From Ancylonema sp. (lineage: Eukaryota), in contig JBFLGF010000132.1 in the NCBI GenBank assembly GCA_050230475.1, positions 1-64,000 on the forward strand: a stretch of 64,000 bases of DNA, in the 5' to 3' direction. The notes beneath the pieces were generated by a model. The model was given only the letters and a program-made list of their open reading frames with translations. It was not told the DNA's origin and made no database searches. This document shows positions 1-12,253 of the stretch, piece by piece. How positions within the stretch are numbered: the first letter of the stretch is position 1; every line of letters starts with the position of its first letter. The position numbers and the translations under genes are program-made.

Positions 1-184
1 CGGATCTGCTGATAGCTCGTAACATGAGCCCCTCCATCTTGGGCTCCCGGAAAATATATGGGCTCCAGAGAGCCCGTGTCTCCGGATCGCCGCCCGCAGC
101 CCGGCTCGTAGCAAGCATTTGGGGTGGGACATGGGGCGAGCCCGTTCACGGAGTGAAGAAAGGACAGCTGGGAGTGTAGATCGC

Positions 185-2065
185 GGGCTTATTTTATGAT
201 TGGCGTGCATTTCGTAATTGGGAACGCGTATCCGCACCCACTTGTCCTTATCCGCACCCAGTCGGCCAGTCTCGTACCGGCTGATAATTTGGCCGTTTGA
301 AACTTGCCGTCGAGTTACCCGGTGCTATTAGGGTTGTTACCTCCGCGCCAGCCGCGCGGCGGCCATACCCGACCGCGCTCATATAGGTAACGGTTGGCCC
401 ACCCGGGTGGCCTTTTGCCAACCGCAAGCCAACTCCTACCCGGTTGGCAAACCCCCACCCGGGTGGGATGCGGATGGGGCGGTTGGGTTGCGGTTCGGGT
501 GCGGTTAGGTGCGGCTGGGTATTTTAAAAAAAAGAAAAAAAAAAAGAAAAAACCATTTTTTTTTTTTTTTTTTTTTTTTTTGTATCCTCTCCGTCTCTCT
601 CCCTATAAGTACAAATTTATAATAGGATATGGCGTACAAACTTCTTATTATACTTTCTTCTTTCAATATCTGTGTATCATACGTGAAGGGTTCCTTTCGG
701 ATACCTTTCGGTTCCTACATATAATTATTGCCTTTCACGTGCTCATTTTGTGAACCATCCCATACTCATTTACGATGTGTACTTGTTTATAACGTTTGTT
801 AAAAACATACATCATTCTTCCACACTCGTAAATTTCCATTCCCCCCCCCCCCCACAATTCTCCACATTTTAATAGAGCGTTCATGAAGGGATTTCAAGGG
901 GACATTAACAATGTGTTCCATATTGTCATATATCTTGTTTACTCTACCAATAAGAATATATATGTTGTCTATAAGAAGAGTCAAGAAGACAAGAAGTAGA
1001 GGACGAACATCAGAATGGACAAAGAAGGGAAGAACGGATTCGGTGGCAGAGAAGCCTTCCCATAAATGAACTACGTGTGTCGGTATTTAACTTCGATGTT
1101 TTTTTTTTTTTAACGTAGTTCTTGACATTTTCGTGTTGCAATTCAATTTTGTACCCTACTTTTGAATTTAGATTTATGAAATCTTCGTTATTTCTTGCCA
1201 TTTTGCCAACCGCCCAACCGCATCCCACCCGGGTGGCACCTTCCCAACCGGGTGGCGGTTGGGATGCGGTTGGGAAAAAGCCACCCGGTTGGGCCCAACC
1301 GAAACGATTGGGTGCGGTTGGGCGCGGATGGTACTTTACCTTCCGCGGTGAAAAATGCGGAGGTAACAACCCTAGGTACTACACGTAAAATCGATGCTGA
1401 CGTTAATCTTGGTAGTATCTCGGTTTATCGTGGCATAATCGCCGCTATACGTGAGCCAGCGTCACCTGGTCCACGGCCTTTTCCGATTCGATTTCTTTAC
1501 TACCTTCCTTGGCTGCCACGATTTATCCGCATCGAGTGCATATCCTACCTTTCTATGAAATTTTACGATGAAAGTGTTGCTCTAACATTTTTTTGTGTTT
1601 TCGCGAAAGAAAAAACAAAAAATAGCTTTATGCTTCCTGTTATCCTGTTTACGCGCGCTTTCTTGCCATATTATTGTTTCGTATACTGTGCTATATTCTG
1701 ACGTCAAAAATACTTTTCGTAAATCAATTTAAAGAGAAGTCGAAACTAGGATCACAAGGCGTGTCTCCGAATTCAATTTGGTTGCAAAATCGCTCAGATC
1801 GAATAAATTGAAGAGTTGCGGATGACAATAGCCCGTAGTGAAAGGTTCACCGGCAGCGTCAAAGTGCAGTTGAGTGGAAAGGGAGGCTACCAGACCTCAT
1901 GCTTCGTTTCGCTGATGTGGCAAGATTGTTACACGTGTGCAGTCCGGGTTATCTAATTATTCTTTACGGCAAGTTTCAAACGGCCAAATCACCAGCCGTT
2001 ATGCGATTGGCCGACTGGGTGCGGATAATGAAAAGTGGGGTGCGGATACGTTCGTAATTAAGCCC
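185..2065. mobile_element. Non-autonomous DNA transposon with ~125-bp terminal inverted repeats, interrupted by a hAT MITE
   Basis: Segment ~185-310 (gggcttattttatga...tatccgcacccagtcggcca...tttggccgtttgaaacttgccgt) is an imperfect reverse complement of ~1965-2065. No clear TSD, so the superfamily is unassigned. Confidence 0.65.
329..1374. mobile_element. hAT-type MITE (~1.05 kb)
   Basis: Perfect 18-bp TIR tagggttgttacctccgc at both ends. The 8-bp flanks ggtgctat (321-328) and ggtactac (1375-1382) match 6/8. GC-rich subterminal repeats surround an AT-rich core. Confidence 0.85.
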
Positions 2066-2954
2066 CACCGGATAAAGCCCTAGGCGGGAAAAAACGGATT
2101 TTAGATAATGCCCCAAGCCGAAATTTTGCCCAAATTTCCGCGTACTTAAGGCCCCATTTATTTTTATTTTTTTTGAATTATATCGGCAATCATTCTTGCA
2201 TACTTGCTTGAGAACTCATGTAGTTTATTCATGTATGGACAACCTATACAAGTACATCAAAGGGAACTCCCTTTGACTCCCCTTGAACTCCCCTTCGGAA
2301 ATTTTAGGCAAAAGACACTACAAATAGTGCTTCTTGTAAAGCGTCCCCGTTTAGAAAGGTCAAGTACACAATATTCATTCCTTGAACAACAACATTTCAC
2401 ATACTACCAGAAGCCCAACTTTCAAATAACGTCACATCTCCATATCCCTATTACCCACTCTAAAGAAATTTGATGATTCTAGTTTGAGCTTGATGATTGA
2501 GTTTGTATACGTGCCTCCTATACAACTCGTTCTAGATACGCTGCGCATCTAGGATATAAATACTATCTATCCCTGCTTGTTGACCTAAAAATTCCTTCAA
2601 TATTGTCATCGCTTCCAATGCTTGGGCGACTGGTACCATCTCTCTCATCTTTAGCTGCTTCTTCCTCCTCCCGGACGGTGTTGTTAGGCGACTACCGCTT
2701 GCCATCCTTTCAGACGGCAGGCGGTGAAAAAGTGTGGATGAAGAGGCGAGAGATGGTACTGGCGGCTATAACATTCTACCAAAGATGATCCCTACCTGTG
2801 GCATATGTTCCAAATGTTTCGACGTCCACAACATTCTAGAGACATCGACGTGAGCTATGACGAGAGGTTTTCGTTATGATGTTACTCCTCTTTTTTTTTC
2901 TTTTTTTTTCTAAGGTGAATGGGTCATATATACGGCGTTTTATCACATCTTCAC

Positions 2955-3134
2955 TCGCTATAGTGACATCTCAATAGTAAAATCTGAGAATTTTCGGTCA
3001 CTATAACGTGTGTCACTATAGCGATTGTCACTATATAGAGTGGGTTTTTATATAGGATTAAAAAAAGGGCAAAAAAAATGTCACTATATCGTGATTGTCA
3101 CTATATCGAGTGTCACTATATCAAGGGTTTACTG
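2955..3134. repeat. Right end of a Tc1/mariner(pogo)-like element with gtcactata repeats
   Basis: Several gtcactata/tatagtgac motifs end in ...gggtttactg followed by TA. The left end was not identified. Confidence 0.4.
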
Positions 3135-3746
3135 TATGGGACTGAGGATTCGTCGACTTTGGTTGGGGAGACCCCCTAAATTAATCGAATCCCCAACCAA
3201 CATGAAAATAAATCGTCAAATCGCTGCTTATCGGAACCAAAGTGATTTAAAAATCTATTTTGGAAATCGTCAGAGTGATTTTCTTGAGGATTTGGGGCCT
3301 GAATCCTCAGAAAAATCACTCTAGGGATTTCGTGTGAGGATTTGTGAGCCAATCACAGCACAGTCGACCATCCGGAAAAGGACGTTGTCCGTACGTCTAA
3401 TTTTAGTCGTAAAATGAGAGCGCAGCTCCCGCAACCAATAGGAGACGGTTATTCCCGCAAAATACCTACAGAATCTAGGGACCTTAATTCTGCCGCGTTG
3501 GATGCGGTAATCCGGTCCCGAAAGTTAATCCTAACCGCCGATGGATTGTATGGTAATGATTGTTCGAGATACGATGTGTCGTCGTGTGCCACCGTGGCAC
3601 TGAATTCGAGATCGGCGGAGCTCCCATAAGCAGTACGAAGAGGCATACCGTACAGATTCAGTTGTTTCAGGTTGGGGATTTTGAAAAAGCCGTACAATAT
3701 TTTTACATTTCTCCCCAACCAAACTCGGCGAATCCTTGGTCCCATA
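3135..3746. mobile_element. MITE with ~37-bp TIRs
   Basis: Left end tatgggactgaggattcgtcgactttggttggggaga versus reverse complement of the right end tatgggaccaaggattcgccgagtttggttggggaga. The terminal TA may be the TSD. Confidence 0.75.
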
Positions 3747-4276
3747 AGCTATGCGCTTAGGTAATTATTTTCGGGGGCTATAAACCTGGCCGGTACGGTA
3801 GTTTTAAACCGGACAAAAAAAATGCGGGTTACCTTACCGGGCGATTTCAGTCGGGTTAAAAAACACAGGTTTTTCGCGGTGAACGGCAACCAAAGTTGCA
3901 GTCCACGACGTTAACCGGACAGCATACTTCGAACCGCACCCTCGGAAAGTAGTCTTACAAGCTTCTGACACGTTCCCCCCGCGTCCCAAGCATGCGTGCT
4001 TCACCTCTTTGCTTTTCGCGCGGATACTTTGCTCATCCCAGTGTCCCCTCTACGGGTCAGGCACTGTTCAGTCCGCGGACAGTTTTCAATTTCCTGCACA
4101 GTCCGCGGAGCGCTTGGGCGACATCGGTGTTCAGAATTGCGCACGCGCGTGGCCGCGACAGGGCAGACCGTCTAGGAAATTACATGCCTAGTGAATCTTG
4201 TAGCTGCAGTGGCTATGAAGAACAAGAATTCCATTAGTCTGTAATGGCGACTTGAAGTAATTTTCAGGACAAGGTC

Positions 4277-6473
4277 ATGGACAACGATACTATATTTGCG
4301 GAAGAACTTCTTGCTCGCATTCAACATAATGAGACAGCTTATAGCTTTCTGTCTCGTACTCGACTGGAGCCCTTCGCCACTATGATGCCTTTTCTTGACC
4401 GGCAAGACTTGTTTCCGGGTCAAACAGTGGAGCTTTCAGGATGCAGCTCGAGTGCAAAGACAGAGCTGCTAATACAGGTATCCCGTTATTTCACCAATTT
4501 GTAGACACTCGGCAGGTCGACGGGTGTCATTGATTTAAAGGAAGTTGCCATTTGTAAGATTCCGCAGCAGCTTGGCACAGGGTTGCTGGAACGCAGTGAC
4601 TGTTTGAGTTAGAGTTGAATCACTTTCTCTGCCTTCCTGCCCAAAAGAATGACACAGCATTCGTGTTGCAGGTCGCAGTGACTTGTATTCGTCCCGATCA
4701 ATGGGAAGGCACCCCCCTGGGGGGGCAAAGTGGCTCTGTTGTATATTTTGATCTCGACTGCCGATTCGATATGACTCGATTTTACGAGGCTCTGACCAGC
4801 CGGATCTCAGCGGCACAATGTGAGGGTCCAGTCTCCAATGTAAGGTCATGTGCCATGTCAACAGAGCGATTGCCATTACATGTTGCATGGCTGGCATGAT
4901 AGTGGAAATGCGGCTACAACATGGCATTCACTTTGCATTCGCGAAATTATCGCGGAAGGTGTCAATCAAGCATATAGCTTTAGTCGAAAGGACAACTGAT
5001 ACTTCCCCCCCTGCCCGCGACCGATGCAGCAAATCAACATGTTGCTCCCAGGCCGCAGAACCTTACTGCAAATACCCGCAGGGAACAAATTGCGGCACCT
5101 TCGTGTCATATCCTGGCAGAAGCCTGTCTCAGCCGTTTTCATTTGCTGAAGTGCCACAGCTCCTTTCAATTCCTGTGTGCGTTGAAGGTCCGCCTCTCAG
5201 CCTCTTCGTATTTTCTGAAATTAATAAATGCATCCGAAGAGCGCGTAGCCACAACCTGAACCAGGACCAACCAGAAACCAACCAGAAACCAACCAATCAA
5301 CCAACCAACCAACCAAAACCAGGGAATCGAAACCGGAACATGACATTTTGTTGTTTTTGTGGGTAGACCCTCAGACCGCTGCTTCTTGAGATAGCAAGAA
5401 GAGGAAATGGTTCATCGCGTCCACACCCCTTGATGATCATGATGGACAGGTGAGACCAATGAATCCAAACATAGTTTTGGTTATTTAGCAGTGTCACCCT
5501 CGGATAAAACAGTGCTTGTTTACTTTTCGATACTTTTTGACTCACAATGCCACGTCGATTCTCCACAGTTCATATGGCTTTTGCCATCAGCTTACTTTCT
5601 TGTGTAATGTCCCACTAACCTCTGGTGTAATGTTCCTCTTGGCATCTTCATTGTGGCTGCAGCATTGGCAGCTTCCATTGGATGGACCATGCAGTCCAGC
5701 TTGTCTCCACCCAGTAAGTGGGAACCGTAAGTCATATTCTCTCTTTCCTGATAATATTCCGTAGATTATTGTGGTGACATCAGGACGGGAAGGGGAGCAG
5801 GAGCAAAGGAATGACTTTGGGCGCCATAGCAGCTTCCATAACTCGGGAGCTGAAACAGTTGGCACGAATCTTCAAGTTTCTTACCTTTGCAACCAAGACA
5901 GACCTTTACAACACTCCACAAGTGAACAAGTGGCGTCCGGGAGAGGGCAGAGACACAGTGGGCAGACAGCAGGCGAGGTCTGCTGACTTTGTGAAGCAGT
6001 CAGAGTTTATGCATCTGGATTGGAAGGTATGCCTTTGGTGGAGAGACATTGTGGCAAGATACGTGTAGGGGTAGGCTGCGCTGATTGATATTTAATTGAG
6101 ACTAGGTCGACTTGACAAGCTGCTGGGAGTGCTTGTGGGACCGCAGAAACATGTCACGCATCGTTTGCTGGTGCAAGGGCCATTTCCAATTCCATCGACA
6201 GGTGAGATTATTGAAATTGAGGAACTAACAACCAGCATTGCCACGTCACCAACATTTGTCGGTGACGTGGCAAGATCGAACCAGGTCAGCAGCTTTGTGT
6301 TCCAAAGCACACTCAAACTCATTCAATCTGTCAGCGAGGCGCAGACGACAGCGGGGAATGCTTTCGAGAGATGTTTACTGCGGAATGGAAGGAGCCGTCA
6401 ACAGGCATCGCAGATGGTTTTCTCATTGGGGAGGTTTGCTTTTTCCCGGGGTCTATCTCAAATTCACTTCTGA
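4277..6473 (+). CDS. XRCC2: XRCC2-like RAD51 paralog (spliced, ~7 exons)
   Basis: Exons ~4277-4477 (ETAYSFLSR...VELSGCSSSAKTELLIQ, degenerate Walker A), 4672-4839 (GGQSGSVVYFDLDCRFD), 4984-5187 (ACLSRFHLLKCHSSFQFL), 5367-5449 and 5663-5713 (LMIMMDSIGSFHWMD, Walker B region), ~5800-6026 (EFMHLDWK), 6147 onward (HVTHRLLV). The exon 5/6 junction and true 3' end are uncertain. Confidence 0.85.
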
Positions 6474-8624
6474 AGATTTACCATACTTTCTCCTTGCAGG
6501 CAGGCTGCTGCATCTAATCTGCTGCGTCTAATCCTCGTATAATAGTACATACGCAGGGATGAGGATCATGTCGCGGTCTTAATTCAAACGCATGCAAATT
6601 TCATGAATGTGCCAGTAGGAAGTAGGCTGCCACATGTTCTTTTAGCCGCCCCTGGTGTACCCGACAGAGCTACTTGTGTTCGTAAGGGGCTGAGCTTGAG
6701 TTCCACGGTTGCATTGGTCACGAATGCCGTTAATCAAGGACCCAAACAGTTCACGGAGATTTCATACAAGATGCAAAGTGCAGCTAATGCTCAATGCCTA
6801 TGGGACTGATTGTGGTTGCCTTTGGTTTCCCTGATTATCCTCTGTATTTGTATGTGTTTCTTCGGATATTCTTCTTAGAAGATACAATGTATGGGTGCTG
6901 ACCAAAAAATCATTTTGGACCATTCTTTTGGTCCGACAAACGAATCCCGAAGTCCCGTCTTTGTTGTTATCGCAGGATGGGATCAAATGTCTGTGAGCGA
7001 GTTCAGGATAGAGCGGTGGAGTATGACAATTGCTTGGTTTCCAACAAGGACTTGTGAAATACATATGCCACATCTCTGTGTTGAATTTGTGGGCATGGAT
7101 GTAGTGTCACTCATTGTTACTTTGTAAAATATGTGTATTTGCTGGAAGGTAACAGAGATGTTTTCAGCTATTCGTTGGCATCAGCCGTGTAGTGCTAGAG
7201 CTTAGGGACAGAATTGTGGCGCCCCATTGAATTCATGTTGGACTACGTCATGCTGTATAAAGGGGGGTTATGCGGGTATAGAGGAGAATGTCAATATAAG
7301 GATGGTGTGAGATTCACGAGCAATATGACTTCGACAGAAGTATGGTGCTTAGGACTAATCAAAGCTACTTTCGTAAATTTTATGGGCAATGTTGTTGGAA
7401 TGTTATTCTTCGTTGTGATTTCTGGATCCTAAGATTAATAATTTTCAGTGCAGCACCATGTATGTCATGATACCGCGAGATACATGTGCGTGTTGTACAT
7501 GCGCAATAGAATTACGGGTCGGAATCAAATTTAAAAGTAATAGTAACCTTTATGAACACACGTGCGAGATTGAATGCTGTAGTTTGCAATAAACGAAGTA
7601 TACTTATTCATGTGTGTGTGCGTGTATGTGTTGTGTGTGTTTGTACCATTGGTGCGACATAACCCCCCAATTGCGGATCACGTTTCCGATCCGGATCAAA
7701 GTGGACTTGGATCGACGCTTGATTGGATCTTCCCCACTTCGATCGAGTACAAACTTGGGAAAGCTGGGGGGATTGTTTTGAGGACCACACAGGGTGCATA
7801 TGAATGTACTTGTGACATCATACAACCGTTGTGCAAATCGAACCAGAAATGCAAGTCACAAGCCTCAAATAGATCATGTGACTAGTTTGTGGCATATTGG
7901 ATATCAAATATTGATTGGAAGCCACGCACGGATGTGTGTACGCCAAATGTTGTGTAATTGAAATTGTGCATCGTGTGATAGAACTTGCTTTGTAGAAAGT
8001 ATAGTAGTGTCAGTCGCGAATCCTGAGCACTAAATGGTAAAACTGTTTGCGAATAAAAAAAAACACTCATGATTTAACACTTCATCCCATTTCGGTGTCT
8101 ACATTTCGTTTCCCGTCAATCATAGTTGCACGGACCGGCGGACCGGGGTCCCGAGGTCCCGACTCCGGACCGAGGTCCGTCCTTTTGGGTCAAAAATCCG
8201 GACCGGCAATTTACGGTAACATCGGTTTTTGGGGATTTTAAGGTGTTTTCCGTGGAGAAAAAAGCCCGGAAGTATTTTTTTTCGCAAATTAAATTCTATA
8301 TTGTATTTTCTAAAAAGGGACAAAAGAATGCTCGTCCTCTCAAATAAGTAATTAAAACATGCAATGCATCACAATATATAGCGTTTTTCACCACTTTCGA
8401 AGGATATCACTTGGGAAAATGCTCTAGGTCATTTGGAATGGTTAGAAGTCCTCATTTTTTTTTCATTTTCCATAGGTGACAATGTGATGCTGAAATGATG
8501 CTCATGTCAGGCTCAAAAAAATATGATGAAGGGGCACCGTTTCGTGAAATTTAAAAAAAATGAGAAATACTTACAGCAATCATCATCCTCGATTTATTTT
8601 CCACGCTCACAACCTAGTATTCAA

Positions 8625-9722
8625 CATAGTTGCACGGACGGGCGGACCGGGGTCCCGAGGTCCCGACTCCGGACCGAGGTCCGTCCTTTTGGGTAAAAAA
8701 TCCGGACCGGCTGTTTATGGTAATATCGGTTTTTGGGGGTTTTAAGGTGTTTTCCGTGGAGAAAAAACTCCGGAAGTATTTTTTTCGCGAATAAAATTAC
8801 ATTTGACATCTTATAAAAATGTAAAAAAAATGTTAGGCCTATCAAATAAGTAATTAAAACCTGCAATGCATCATTGTAGATAGAGTTTTTCACCACTTTC
8901 GAAATACATCACTTGGGAAAATGCAAGAGTCAATTTGGAATGGTTATAAGTATTCCATATTCTTTCATTTTCCATACGTTACAATGTAACTCTGAAATGA
9001 TACTCATGTGAGGCTCAAAAAAATGTGATGAAGGGTCACCGTCTCATGAAATAAAGTAAAATTAGAAACACCTTATCAAACATTATCCTGATTTTGTTTT
9101 CCACGCTCAAAACCTTGTACTCAAACTTCTCTCCACCTTACAAATAAATTCCTAACATCTCACTTTCCTATTCTACATAAATGAATGGGTAACTTCCCTA
9201 TTTGTAATTTACTGACCTTCTCAAAATCTATCCTTCCCTATAACTCCATATTTATATGAAACGGGAAAAAAAAACATTAGGACTTCTACACCCGCAATGT
9301 TTGTTCTATTTTCACACCCATAACACTCTTCACCGTCTACAACACCTTAAATAACCCCCCTCTCCCCACTTTCCACTCCTCACTAGTCACTCCCCAAAAA
9401 TATTTCCTCACTCCGAATAACACACTTCTAAGTACCAACTTACATCAAAATTTCAGCCGTTTTGTCAATTTTGAATTGCACCATCTCAATCAATGGACGG
9501 TAGAATATGAACATGCTATTTTATTTTATTTATTATTCTAATTCGCTACTACTTTGCAAGCCACAAATGATAGAGTTATATCACACGTGTGAGGTACAGG
9601 AAAAAAAAATGAATCCCCAAGTCCTTTTTCCCGGCGGAAAAGTTGCCTGACAAAAAAACCCTAAAAGTTCCCCGGTCCGACCGCGGTCCGAAAATCCGAT
9701 GTTGCCGGTCTGTGCAACTATG
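8625..9722 (+). mobile_element. hAT-type MITE family B, copy 2 (nested, same orientation)
   Basis: catagttgcac...gtgcaactatg termini. Perfect TSD gtattcaa at 8617-8624 and 9723-9730. Length 1098 bp. Confidence 0.92.
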
Positions 9723-9815
9723 GTATTCAAACTTCTCTCCACCTTACAAATACATTCCTCACCTCTCACTTTCCTATTCTACATAAATAAATGGGTAACT
9801 TCCCGGTCTATGATT

Positions 9816-10915
9816 CATAGTTGCACGGACCGGCAACATTGAGTTTTCGGACCGCGGTCGGACCGGGTCCCGAGTCGGGACCCGGTCGGACCGGGGAACT
9901 TTTAGGTTTTTTTTGCCAGACAAACTTTCCGCGGGGAAAAAGGACGTGAGGCTTCATTTTTTATATATATACCTCACACGTGTGATATACATGTGTCATT
10001 TGTGGCTTGCGAAGTTGTAGCTATAAAAAAAAAAACAAAACAAAACAAAATTGTATGTTTATATCCAACCGTCCAATAATTGAGATGGTGAAATTCAAAA
10101 TTGAAAAAAATGCTGAAATTTTGGTGTAAGTTCGTACTTGGAAGTGTGTTATTCGGAGTGAGGAGTGGTAAGTGGGGAGAGGGGGTTATTTAAGGCGGTG
10201 TGGATAGTGAAGAGTGTTATGGGTGTAAATATATAATAGAAATTGTGGGTGTAAAAGTCGTAATGTTTGTTTTTCCCCCGTTTCATAGAAGTATGGAGTT
10301 GTAGGCAAGAATATATTTTGATAAGGAAGGTCAATTATCATTAGGAAAGTTACCCATTTATTTATGTAGAATAGGAAAGTGAGAAGTGAGGACTGTATTA
10401 TTAAAGGCGGAGAGAAGTTTGAATACAAGGTTGTGAGCGTGGAAAATAAATACATATGATGTTTGATATAGGTGTTTCGAATTTTATTTAATGTCATGAT
10501 ACGGTGACCCTTCATCACATTTCTTTGAGCCTCACATGATAATTATAATTACATTGTAAACTATGGAAAATAAAAAAATGTGGAGTACTTATAACCATTC
10601 CAAATGATCTAGTGATGTCCATTCCAAAGTGATGTCTCTCGAAAGTGGTGAAAAACGCTATCTACAATGAGCATTGCAGGATTTAATTACTTATTTGATA
10701 TGTCTAATATTTTTTTGCAATATTTATAAGATGGGAATTAGAATTGTCTTTGCGAAAAGAATACTTCCGGAGTTTTTTCTCCACGAAAAACACCTAAAAA
10801 CCCCCAAAAACCGATATTACCCTAAACAGCCGGTCCAGATTTTTGACCCAAAAGGACGGACCTCGGTCCGGAGTCGGGACCTCGGGACCCCGGTCCGCCG
10901 GTCCGTGCAACTATG
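9816..10915 (-). mobile_element. hAT-type MITE family B, copy 3 (nested, inverted)
   Basis: Same termini. Perfect TSD ctatgatt at 9808-9815 and 10916-10923. Length 1100 bp, with internal sequence similar to the reverse complement of copy 2. Confidence 0.92.
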
Positions 10916-12253
10916 CTATGATTTACTTGCCTTATAAAAATCTATCCTTTGCTACAACCCCATACATTTATGAAACGAAAAAAAACACATAACGACTTCT
11001 ACACCCACATTAGTTTTCCTATTTTTATACCCATAACACTCTTCAGTATCTACGCCACCTTAAATAACCCCCCTCTTCCCACTTCCTACTCCTCACATAA
11101 AGTGAGGGGAGGACTCAGTGAGGTGCGAATGAGGTTTGGGTGTCTGATCAGACTCCGGTCTCATCAGACTCTGATGAGTTGCCTACATACGATAAAAGGC
11201 GAGAAATTTGCTTCCCAATTTGAGGCGTGTTCACGTTTGACGATGGCTTATTGAATTGACCAATCACGTCGAGTTATTTTACTCACCAATGAATTTCAGG
11301 TCAGAAAATTGCGAAGATCGCCATCCCCTTCGATTGTATGCTATCGGATGGTGAGTTTTGATGCCAAAATTTCAACCATTTTGTCAATTTTGACCATCTC
11401 AATCAATGGACATAGACATGCTATTTTCTTTTATTTATTTATTTAATTAATTCAATAACTTCGCAAGCCATAAATGACACATGTTCATCACACGTGTGAG
11501 GTACATTTTTTTTTTGTGCGGCCCCACGTCCTTTTTCCCGCGGGTAAATTCCCTGGCAAAAAAACCCTAAAAGTTCCCCGGTCTGACCGGGTCCCGACTC
11601 GGGACCCGGTCCAGCCGCGGTCCGAAAATCCAATGTTGCCGATCCATGCAACTATGCCGTCAATGATTGGCGTTTCAATCCGGATTGATTTCGGATCATT
11701 TCGTTTCTCCTGTCCTTCGAAGGACTCCATTCAAAGAGAGCTTCACTAATGTGCAACTACATATTCATTCAGATTCTGAATGCAGATATGTGGGCCAAGT
11801 TGCGCTTTAGATCTACGACGTTGAGTGGCAATTGTAGAAGAAAGGTCTGACTCAAGAGGGCAACAATCTGCTACAATTCATAGAATATTGCATGTAGTAA
11901 GATAGGACCTACCCTACAGACAACCAAATTGCGGAGAGAAGGATAACAACAAAATCTGAAACCTCAGATGTCATTCTTTTGTGCTGTTCAGTAATGGACG
12001 GAGCGAATAGTCTCCAACAACAAGAGGTGTTCCCGCTTTCCGACATGATAAGCAAGAGGGTGCTACGCTCTAAGCATAAGCATGTGCCTTAGGCACAACA
12101 CAATATCGTCGTTTGCATGCATCCTTATTTCTTACAATGTCGCCCAACTCGTTCCTCCTTTTGGAACGGACGCTTGAATAGCACGGGATTTCGACAAATT
12201 ATGTGGGGGCGTAAATATACAATACATGGGTAAGCAATAGGTGTGGTTTCTGG

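Larger units (their letters stand above)
8121..11656 (+). mobile_element. hAT-type MITE family B, copy 1 (host element, interrupted twice)
   Basis: Ends catagttgcacggacc... and ...gatccatgcaactatg. Perfect 8-bp TSD ccgtcaat at 8113-8120 and 11657-11664. Confidence 0.9.
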
